Shown here piece by piece: positions 7,346-19,300 of a stretch of 64,000 bases of DNA. Numbering within the stretch: position 1 is the stretch's first letter; each line of letters opens with the position of its first letter. This DNA is from Oculina patagonica (Eukaryota). The stretch covers positions 33,480,001 to 33,544,000 of the forward strand of contig NC_135762.1 in the NCBI RefSeq assembly GCF_052425735.1, in the 5' to 3' direction. The notes under the pieces were generated by a model that worked only from the letters and a program-made list of their open reading frames with translations, was not told the DNA's origin and searched no databases. The position numbers and the translations under genes were made by a program.

Positions 7346-10300
7346 CTGACCGTCAGAACGCTTGCCCTCCCCAGTCCTGTGGTAGAGTCCATTCAATCAT
7401 GTCAGTGCGATGCAAAGGATGTTGTAGTTCGACTACAAGAATGTATGGATTTGGATCTAGTATCACTGGCTGAACCAGATCTTGAGACCGCACAAATGAT
7501 CCGCTGTGTTGCTAAAGCAGCTAAAACTGAAGACAGGCTTGATGTGGTCAAGCACTTGAGAGAGATCACACCTGCTGGCACAACTGGTAAGTTTGACAAA
7601 ATACTATGAAATGACAAGAGCAATTTTCCCATGGATAACCCGTTCTGTTTATAGTCCCTCTTTTGTACTCCATGGGTACGACCACAACCTCACAAACAGT
7701 ATTCAATCACCAATTCCTACACGACGATCATTTACCGTTTTTGAGATTGCTGTGTGGTTCAGATCCGTAAATAATACTCGTGATCATGGTCATTCACCTT
7801 GTTCAAGCTAAACTATAACTGGAGCACCTAAAAAACTGTTGAAACCCTATTTCTTTCAATTTTGTTCCATTGGTAAGCAGCTTCTGTGCTTACATATGAC
7901 TAGGTTTAAGTCAATACAGCAGTTTTTGGGCCGATACCAAACTTATCAATCAGTTTTTCAGCCGTCCTTCTCTCATCGAATTGATATGAAAATTACACCA
8001 GTTGTTGCTCTTAATTTGAAATTCAGCAAGGTGCATCTTTTTTTAAGGAAACGGATATTGCCATGACAACGATAAACAGAAAACTAGAAATCAGTAAAAC
8101 TTGAATTTTGCACGATCCAGATTTCATGTCAAGAAGCTATTACCAATACGGTAAACTACGGTGCATTGGCTATGAAAAATCTTTACGTTTAATTTTGAAT
8201 GAATCGCAAAAATCAATTTCTTTCACCAGAACAGTAGCTTTTTATATTTCTTTACGAAAAATGTTGCCTTGCTACAATTACTAACACAGATGAAATCTTA
8301 AATTTACGATCCCGTAAACGTGCCGTCTAGAAAGCGTTAAGATCCTCTTTACGAATCTATACGAACCTCTTTACACTTTCGTAAAGAACGTCTATACGCA
8401 TTAAAAACCATAGTGCATAAAGAGTGCGTAGTGAGACTCGAAACGTATCTTTACGCGTGTTGTAAAAATCGTAAAGAGATTGTTAACGAAATTTTACGGC
8501 TACTGTAAGGCGATCGAAAGTCGATCTTTACGCATTGTTAAACTTTCGTAAATGAGCAGTATTTAAAAGCCCATTGACGGCTTTGTATCTGTAGCATATC
8601 AATAAAGATAGCTTCCAAACAAGTAAACAACACAGCTTCAATATGGCTGAACAACACAACACTTTATTCGCTAAGCATCCTGGGTACATATGGTGCAATA
8701 GCCTAACACAACTTCCGGTTATGTAACAGTAGTCTAAATATATTACACTGCTTCCCCCTAAAAAGAACTAGCAATGTACTTCTACTTAAGGCATAATCTA
8801 CTGCTACAAGTCAAGTTTAATAACTGGTTTTCTAACCCTCTGAGATCTTCGCAAAACTAGTGGCGTGCTACTTTCAACTGTTGAAGATGCAATAGGATCC
8901 TCAGTTTCAGAGGAAGTTACACCTGGCTCGGAAATACTAACACTATCATCAGTAGCAATCTGATCACTTGACTCAGGCATCATGACCTCTGGTTCACTCA
9001 CATCATCTGGTACATTATCATGTGCCTTTATCATATGATCAGTGTGGACATATCTGGTTTTGTGTCCTGTCCTAACTACATACGTTCTAGGTCCACAAAC
9101 TTTAATTACAGTGCCAGGAATCCACTTATCCGTCTTAGAATTAGCCCTTGTGTTTCGTACGCGCACCCTGTCATTTCTTGTGAATGGCCTATCCCGCTTA
9201 CATTTCAGATCCTTGTACATTTTCTGTTTCTCCTGTTTATCTTCAACGACCTGTGCTAGATTAGGCTTAATTAAACTTAACCTTGTTCTTAGGCGACGCT
9301 TCACCATCAACTCAGCAGGGGTAACCCCGGTTGTACTATGAGGGGTAGTGCGGTACCTGAATAGAAAATTTGCAAGTCTATGTTTCATAGACATTCCCTT
9401 TTTACCCTCAAGCACTTGTTTGACCAATGCATCCTTAACGACTCTCACGGACCTCTCTGCTGCCCCATTGGATTGAGGGTGATAGGGTGGAACTAAGGTG
9501 TGCTTGATACCATTTTTGCGCATGAACTCAGAAAATTCAGTGGATGTAAATTGTGGTCCGTTGTCAGATACCACTTCTTCGGGTAGGCCATGAGTAGCAA
9601 AAATGAGACGGAGTTCATTGACAGTCCGTTCAGTAGTTGTAGAGGTCATATGTTGCACCTCAATCCACTTAGAGTGGCTATCAATTACAACAAGAAAGTA
9701 ATCATTACCCTTTTGACAGAAGTCAATATGAATCCTCTGGAATGGTCTGGTTGGCCACTTCCATGGGATCAGGGGTGCACTAGGTGGGGCATTTCTAACA
9801 TTTTGGCATACTGTGCAAACTCTCACTTCTTCCTCAATTTCCTGATCCATTTTTGGCCACCACATACACGTACGAGCAATTGCTTTCATACTACATATAC
9901 CAGGGTGCTCCCAGTGTAGCTGCCCCAACATCTTGGTTCTAAAGATCGGTGGAATAACGACCCTAGAACCCCAAAGAACACAATCCTGTTCACAGGACAA
10001 CTCATTCCTTCGGTTATGATATGGTTTCAGGGTCTCATCAGGACAACTCTCTGGCCAACCTGACATCACAAATTGATGTACTTTACTCAGAACAGGGTCC
10101 ACAAGTGTTGCCTTTCCTATATCCTCTGCCGTTACTGGAAAATCATCATCAATTGCACTCACACTATAAATTGCACTCTCACTTCCTACAGTGGAATTCC
10201 CATGTGGTAACCTTGAAAGTGCATCACAATTAGCGTGGTCTTCAGATCTTTTGTACTCAATCTCATAGTCATATGCTGAGAGTACTAGGGCCCACCTCTG

Positions 10301-13300
10301 CATCCGTGCTGCCGCTAGTGTTGGGATAGCAGATTTTGGACTGAGAATTGCCAACAATGGTTTGTGATCAGTAATCAAAGTAAATTTACGCCCGTATAAG
10401 AACTGATGAAATTTTTTTACACCAAAAACAATTGACAACGCTTCGCGCTCAATTTGTGCATAGTTCTTTTCACTTGAACTCAGTGTCCGAGACGCATAGG
10501 CAATTGGCCTTTCCTGGCCGTCGTCCATCACATGGCTGATGACAGCTCCGAGTCCATAACTGGACGCATCACATGCAAGTCTTAGTTCACGGTTCCCATC
10601 ATAATGCACCAAAAGTGCATCGCTGGTGAGACTTTGTTTACAAGCTTCGTATGCTTGCTGACACTCTTTTGTCCATACCCACTGGACACCTTTTTTTAGG
10701 AGCTCATGTAATGGTGCTAGTGTAGTTGCTAAATCAGGTAGAAATGGGTGGTAGTATTGGACCATACCCAAAAAGGATCTTAGCTCGCTTACATTCTGTG
10801 GTACTGGTGCTTTCTTTACAGCATCCACCTTCTCTTCAACTGGATGTAGGCCTTCAGCATCTAATTTCAGGCCTAAGTAGACAACTTCTGTCTTCAGGAA
10901 TTCGCACTTTGGCAATTTCAAATGAATGTTATATTTGTGCAGCCTTTCCAGGACCTCAGCTAGGATTTTGATATTTTCTTGCCAACTGACACCACCAATA
11001 AGAATGTCATCCTGCTTACAAACACATTTTTCTACCCCTTGCAAAATCATATCCATTTTAGCTTGGAAAATCTTAGGCGCTGATTTAACCCCATAGGGTA
11101 ATTTGGTGTAGGAATAGAGTCCTTTGTGAGTGCTTATAGTTAGGTACTCAAGGCTTTCGTTATCAACACTTAACTGCGCATATGCATGCGACAAATCAAG
11201 TTTGCTGAAAACTTTGGATCCTGAGAGGGCAGCGTACAAGTCTTGTTGGGTAGGGAGGGGATATTGTTCATCTTCTACAGCTGAGTTGATGGTTACTTTG
11301 TAGTCCCCACAAATTCTCACTGACTTGTCAGCTTTTGGTACAACTACTATTGGGCTTGCCCAGTTTGATCTTTCAGTTTTTACTATCACCCCATGCTTCT
11401 CAAGTTTATCCAACTCCTTTTCTACTTCTTCTTTCAGTGCATAGGGGACCCTTCGTGGTTTGATAAATATGGGCTTTGCACCATCTTTCATAGTGATGTG
11501 TGCTTCCAACCCTTTCATACCCTCATAGCTCTCTTCAAATAACTCACTATGTTTAGCTAAAAGATCATCAATTTGCCTTTTGGCACTAGTTGATTCACAA
11601 CTTGTTACACTGAATATTTCACCCCACTCAAGCTTCACATGTTTGAGCCAATTTCGACCCAGTAAAGTAGGCTTATTGTCATAGTTAGCTACAACCATGG
11701 GCAGTGTATACTTTTGGCCCTTGTACACGACATCACATTGCATCTCCCCACACACTGCAAGGGTTTCACCCGTATAGGTTTTCAATTCAACTTTTGATGG
11801 ATAAAGTGGGTAGTTACTGAATTTCTGAGTATACATACTCTTACTCATTATTGAGTAATCGGCAGCAGTATCTACCTCCATTGCACATGGTGAACCATTA
11901 ATGGTTGTTTCTACAGTATAACCTTTGTTGGTAGGATTATCTGTACCAACTGAGTACAAGGAATATATACCCAACTCATCATCGTCACCACACTCTTTGC
12001 GTGGTTCTAACAGAGTATGAACATTACCTTTACCCTTACTAGACTGATCTACATTTTTACTTTGGCACACCGATGCAATGTGACCGATTTTCCTACATTT
12101 ATAGCATGTTGCTGACTTAAACTTACACTTTGGTGCAGCATGCTTACCACCACATCGATAACATGAAGGTTCATTAGTGTTTACAGTCTCCAGTTTGTTC
12201 ACAGTTTCCAGTTTATTCACAATGCCTTCGCTGTCAACACTTGCACTGACAGGGCGGAATTCTTGGGTATTCTTCTCTGCCATCTCCATTGACTTTGCTA
12301 TCTGGCAAGCTTTCTCGAAGGTAAGATCTTCGGTATTCAACAGCTTATTCTGGATTTTGGGATTGTTCAATCCGCACACAAAACGGTCTCTCAGAGCTCG
12401 ATTTAAAAACTCTCCATAGTTGCAATGAATTGATAGCTTCTTCAATGCCACAATAAAGTCACTGATGGGCTCACCTGGTTTCTGGTGGCGTGTGCCGAAA
12501 TGAAAACTCTCCGCAATCTCTAATGGCGCTGGATTGTAATGCTTCTCAAGTGCCTTAACAATATCAGCAAAAGGAGTGTCTCTTGGTTTTGCTGGCACCA
12601 ACAGATTGCTCAGGGTAGAATATGCTTCAGGTCCAATCTCAGTCAGAAAAATAGCACGTTTCCTTTCTCTTACGGCGAGATTGGCATCCTCGTTTCCCTC
12701 GCCTGTTTCTTCTCGGATGTTATTCGCTAAGAAAAACATCTCCATTCTTTCAACATATGAGCGAAAAGTCTCTCTCTCTTGAACAAATTCGCCAACACGA
12801 CCGAATAGTACATTTGCCGCCATTCCGATAGGTTGCACGTGTTGAACGACTCGAAAACTTTAGCCAGCCGACTACTGTCAAAAACACACTTTTTCCTCAC
12901 ACAGAGAAAATCAAGGCTTCGTAGGGTTTCTCATGCGTCTTAGTGCATGTAGAGTGTAAGATCCTCGTCGCCAAAATGTAGCATATCAATAAAGATAGCT
13001 TCCAAACAAGTAAACAACACAGCTTCAATATGGCTGAACAACACAACACTTTATTCGCTAAGCATCCTGGGTACATATGGTGCAATAGCTTAACACAACT
13101 TCCGGTTATGTAACAGTAGTCTAAATATATTACAGTATCTTTCTGTATTCTTCGGCAATATTTGCTTTTTGGTAACCCGACTTTTATAAATGCAGGTTTC
13201 TGACAACATCTACATAACGCGCAACGCGCGCAACGTAAAAAGCCTATTCAGGACGTTTACGATATTTTACGCTTCCGTAAACTGCGATATAATTTACGCA

Positions 13301-16300
13301 CATGTATATATGACTCCCAAGTACTGACCCAGCCCCAACAAGAACAGGAATACATGTTTAATACCTTGTAATTAATTTTATTGTCAAAACTCAAACAAAA
13401 CATACATGTCTGTTATTTCAAGAATGAACGTTTAGCCTGTCATGTAGGAATGAGTTTTTACTTTGCAATGCACGTGGTTTCATTCTTTTTTAACTTATCA
13501 CTGATTATAAATAACAGTGAATTTATACTAAAATACTTGGAAACAATAACAGGTTTTTTAAAACTTGACTGTCCAGCTAAGTTTGCATTCTTTGTGTCCA
13601 CTGTTCAAGGTTGTTTGGCTTAAGTGCCTACATGTATGTGACAGAAAGTAATTATTGTTACAGTACTGTAAAATATATACTAGTTATGCAACGCTTTCGA
13701 GTGGTATACTTTGAAAATCCCACGAGTTACTTGTATTTTCTCGGTATACACACGAGCCTTTAGGCGAGTGTGTATACGAAGAAATTACAAGTGACAAGTG
13801 GGATATTCCATAGTATACCACGAGAAAGTGTTGTGTAACTATTTTATACCATGCCATAGAAAATACGCTCACTAAATTTCATCGAGAATAAGATCGCAGC
13901 GCACGATGGGAAGGTTGGGTTGAATACCGTCGAATATACAACGGCTTTCCTGTATTCTGATTGGCTGTATTTTCTATGGCATGGTATAAATCTTATTAGC
14001 AATTATACATTTCCTTTGGCAATAATACATTTCCTTAGAGATGTGTCCACTTATTTAAAGCTTTGTACAGGTAATTAATTTCACTGAATTTTCAGCATTG
14101 CATGGTTAAGGGAAACTAAGTTAAAAGCACAAACAAGATTTTTTTGGTGAAATTCCTAATCATGTCCACATTAGTGTCTACTGTGTTGTGATGTTCCTTA
14201 CAGGCCCAAAGTGGGCCAGCAGTTGCAGGCCTCTGACTCACCATCAACATCTCATGGTTTTGTCATTGCCCTTGCATATGGCATTAGAGTGTTTCCATGG
14301 GGGTGCTAAAGTTAAGCTTTTGCTTTTGTAAGACTGGCCCTCTCCCATGGTAGCTGCATGGTAACATGTCACATAATTTTTTAGTCTGCCTTACCGATAA
14401 TGAAGATCACTCATGGAGAGTAAAAATTCTGTGATTCAAATGAGTCAACGATTATGAGTCGAATGTTAAATTTGAAAATAGTGTTGCCCTTACTAATAAA
14501 TGAAAGCTACATGTAACTGCAAGCAAACTAGAGTGGAACTAGCTGCAAGCAGACCCGAATAAAACTATCGGCAAGTAAACCAGAGCGGAACTATCTACAT
14601 GTACAAGCAAACTTAAGTGCAACTAACCGCAATCAAATCCGGGTCGTAGAACTAACCATAAGCAAAGTACACGTACAGTGCATCTAAGCTAACTTGTATA
14701 AAGGGAAACTATGGTTTAATAGACAATAACCCACTTTGTGTAAAATTCACCTTGACTCACGACTCATAGAAACTTTACTCTGCATGACGAGTGGTCTTCA
14801 TTTTGGGAGAGACACCTACCATGGGAGAGGGCCAGTCTTACAAAAAGCAAAAGTTTAACTTCAGCACACCCACAAAAACATTCTAATGCCATGCAAGGGC
14901 AATGACAAAACCATGAGCTGTGATAGTGAGACCTCCCACTCATGTAGTCTCTGCAGTGTCTTTCTTTTGGTGTGATCATGTCCTTCAATTATGTACATGT
15001 TGTATTGTATGCAGAGTGATGCCTTTCCAATTTCTATTAATAAAATGGAATAAAAATAACAATTCAGTCACAGTGTCAGATTAGATTATGTGAGACAATT
15101 ATTAACATCAACTCTATTGCTATATTATAAGAACTTTCCCCATTCATTTAAGGGACTAGGGTATGTCATGGGGGTTTCGCAGATTTTTGGTCTAAACTGT
15201 TCTGAAATTAGTGGTAGGCAACTTTACCCATGAAAACATTGTCTTTGAACATTTAACGAAAGATGTAACCTTAATTTGGGGATAGAAATCAAACTTCGGC
15301 TATAAATAGCAATTTTTTTTAAGGCGCATGGAAACAATTTGAAAAACATTGGCTAACGTTTGCATTGTAATCAAAGTGGTATGCTTTTTTATTAAAGGAC
15401 CCTAGCCAGCCTCTGCCACTTTCAGTGGCATCAAAATTATGAAAACTGTATTGTGAAGCAAAATCTTATTGCAATGCTGTACATACAGTGTATACTGTAA
15501 GTTGTATTACTAGAAGTTTGCTTACTTACCTTTAGCAGTTTCACCGTTATCTGTTTTGTTTAGACACGCTCCACATAAAACATAACACCGAAATTCTTGT
15601 AAGGGTGGCTGACAGGAGTCCTTTAAGATTTTAGTGTGTAACAAAAAGTTTTAATCAGAAACTGGATTACATGACACATGTGTAATAAGTGTGAAATAAG
15701 AATGCAAAATGCAAAAACAATGCACTCTGGGAGAGTAAGAGTCAGAATTGAAGTGAATTTTTTATTATTCACAAATCAGTCAATTTATGACTCTCGATCT
15801 CACTGAACTTTTTGATTTCTTACTTAACCTTTTCTTGTTTCATTACTTAGATCAATCTTTTTTGTGTGGGTACATGTAAATTTGTCTAACCTCAAAAAGG
15901 GCAAAAATGTTTTTGATGATAATCAATAGTAACCGAAATCAATCAGTGACTCAGGCTTTACAGGGATATAAAATAATTGTAGCTACCATTCGATTTACTA
16001 TTGGTGGGTATTAGCAAAGGAAAGGTCATGGCTAGATTTCTGCACAGCCCCAGACATTAATTATGCACACAATTTTCTGATTGACTCATTCTTTTCAGGG
16101 TAAAGGTCTCCACAAGGACAAGATGCAGGGGCATGTTGCAACAACATGTAGCAGTGACAAACTCATGTGTTGTTCACACTGAGGGGACATGTAGTGAGGA
16201 CATGGAGCAGAAAAAATTAAATCAAAATGTGTACACACAAATAACTGTAGTGGGGATATGTGACATGTGATAGTGACACATCCCCTTGTGTGTGCTGATA

Positions 16301-19300
16301 ATTTTTGGCATGTGCAACAGGAATTCCTGCAACAGTTTGTCCCTGCGACATGTTGCACGAAGTTCAATGAGTTGAATTCCGTTCAACATGTCACAGGGAC
16401 AAAACAGCTTCAAAGATCGTGTTGCACAAGCCAAATATGTAATCAGCGATTACATATTTGTTGTTGCTACATGTCCCGCTCCACTTCCCCTCAGTGTAAA
16501 CAACACATGATTTTGTCGTTTCTACATGTTGCTGCGATGTGTCCCTGCGACATGTCCCCATGTGTGGAAACCTTAAGATTCATGCAACAAACAAACAATG
16601 TATTCTTATCCACCCAGCTCCCAGCTTTAATCTGTATTCCCTCCTTATTATTTTCTTTTAGCAATCAAAAGCAATTGAAATCACAATAATTTTGTTTCTT
16701 TGAACATTGATTTTCATTGATTGTTATCAACCATCTGTTTATCAATTGACTATGCCGGGTGGTTGATGATCAAGCAAGATTTCAAAAGAATTCAGTTTGA
16801 TTAATGTGTAAATGGGTGAATGGTATCCGGTCGTTTCGAGACAAAGTCGTTTCGAGACAAGTCGATTCAAGACACATGTAAAGTCGATTCGAGTCAAGCT
16901 CCATTACTTGAAGTCCTTTCGATATACAAAATACTATACTATATATTAAGGTAACCTATATTAATGATCAAACAAACCTTCGAAGACGCGGAATCCGGTA
17001 GTTTCGCCTACAAGTATTTTCGCCTACAGGTCGATTCGCCTACACAACCTGAGTTGTTTCGCCTACACCAAAGTCGATTCGCCTACAACAAAGCTTGCTA
17101 TGTTCCGAAAGATAGAAGAGAGGAATACCTAAATAAAGAGTTTAAAAATCTTGTCAATAATAAGCTAGGTTAAGAACAATTAAAAACCAAAAGTATTTGT
17201 TTAACGCTTAAATTTAGTCCTAGGATCGCGCACTATGTCAGCCAGAGTTACGGAACTAAAAGTTGTATTTTTTAACCATTAGGAAACAATAAGGGTCTTA
17301 GGAATATCTATTTAATAGTAGCAATCAATAGCATTTGCCACGTAAGAAATTGTAGCAAAAGTTAGTTTGAATTAAGTACAAAGAGTAAGATTAGAACTGT
17401 TGTCAAAAACTAGTAAGAGCCACTGAACTAAAATAAAAAAGTTATTTAAGTGTGAAGACGTAGTAAGCTTTATTGTAAAACCGGTTCACCCATGCATTCT
17501 CTTGAAAAGATGTTCTTGCGACTTTAAAAGCAATCAGAGTAACACATTTGTTTCATGTCTTAATGAAAAAAATTATTTTCGTAGGTAGCACCGCTAAGTT
17601 ATGCGCGATGCGAGAACATCCTTTCTCAGTCCCAGGCCTTGTGTCTTCCCCTAGTCCATACTAGTCAAACATTACGCGTGATCAGCGAGTATATAAAAAT
17701 CCCCGATCGCAACCTTAAGAAATACGCTCTACTAAAGATGAAGTCTTCAAATTTGAGAAAAAAAAAGTGTAGGCGAATCGACTTTTGTGTAGGCGAAACA
17801 ACTCAGGTCGTGTAGGCGGCGACTTCACTGTAGGCGAATCAACCTGTAGGCGAAAATACTTGTAGGCGAAACGACTGACATTCGAAGACACTTGCTCGGG
17901 CGAACATAAACCTTCGTTGTAAAAAAAAAACGAACACACAAACGAGACCGAGTTTTGGTCATGTTTATTTACAAAAGTGTTTGTCTCAATATATTTTTGA
18001 GACTTCCTCTATAACTTCAGAAAATATGTTGCCTACGATCAAGAAACACAAATCACACCACGACTGTTACCAAGAGTTACCGAGTTACAACTAGCTATGT
18101 TACAACTTAAATATCAAGATGGCCTCCGCGCAGATTTTATTTACGTCGATCGATCAAGTCGCTTCCGCGAAATATTTAAGCTTATTTTACAGAGATAACA
18201 AAAATTACCAAACTATTAAAAACAGTCATACTGAACTTTTCTTAGTTTGTCTCGAATCGACTTTACATGTGTCTTGAATTGACCTCGACTTGTCTTGAAA
18301 CGACTTGTCTCGAAACGACTTTGTCTCGAAACGACCGTAAACTGAATGAGTGTCATGAACTTCTGGGGATTCGAACAATGATGATAAGTAAAAATTATTG
18401 CTCAGCTCTAACATGTAAAGAAATAGAAAGAAAAGGTAAGAAACTATACATCGCTTAAGACATAAAAAGAGAATGCCTACTCACCTAAACATACTTTGTG
18501 TTGAATTGTTCCTCGCTGTTTCGCGCGAGCAATTCTTGTCGACTCGAAGTCATAGAATTACTTAAGGAATAGAACGATGTACGCGTCCACCACACATTCC
18601 ATCACAACCTTTTTCTTGTCCAAAGGCTTGTATTGTATGTTAGGACAAGGTTTCGATAAACTAAGCTCAACAACGACAGGAGAGAAGACTTCGCAATGGA
18701 CCGTTGAACAAGTTGTGAATCATTGTCACTTTCAAAATCAGGACAACTCGGATTAATATTAATCGGATTAATATTAATCCTAATGATTATTATAATCCGG
18801 TAATAGATTATTGTAATCCAGTAATAGATTATTATAATCCAGGTATAGATTATTATAATCTATTACTGAGGTTTGAGCCGTGCCTTAATCCATTAGGATT
18901 AATATTAATCTTATGTAAGATTAATATTAATCCGATTAATATTAATCTTAATAATAAATCTCAACAACTCAATCCTAGTCCAAAGCTTCCGAAGATTGAC
19001 ATTATTTAACGATCTTAGGCGACCTTATCAATATCTTATGCATTCTTGGACCTACGCGTACTTTGTGCGCCCTTGCAGGTCGACCGGAATCTCCCCTACT
19101 CCACTTTCATCTTCCAGCACTAAGCTAGGAATAGATACGAAGCTTGATGTAAACATACTTTATTGTTTGAAGCAGCTGAAATAGTTTTTTCGTGAACTTG
19201 ACATCATATACAATATGCTAACCATGTCAGTTCACAGATAATATTTTCATCAACAAAAGGCGCCAAGAGACGGGAGAAATTCTTGTTCATAGTTGCCATT

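Larger units (their letters stand above)
8590..13134 (-). mobile_element. Full-length Ty3/Gypsy (Mag-like) LTR retrotransposon, recent insertion
   Basis: 158-bp LTRs at 8590-8747 and 12977-13134 (TG...CA, 157/158 identical); 5-bp TSD GTATC (8585-8589, 13135-13139); PBS and PPT present; single intact gag-pol ORF. Confidence 0.98.

Noticed and set aside
16823-18342. Short regularly spaced repeats resembling a CRISPR array
   Set aside because: The units are tandem subrepeats of inverted termini, with no unique spacers or cas genes, in a eukaryotic context.
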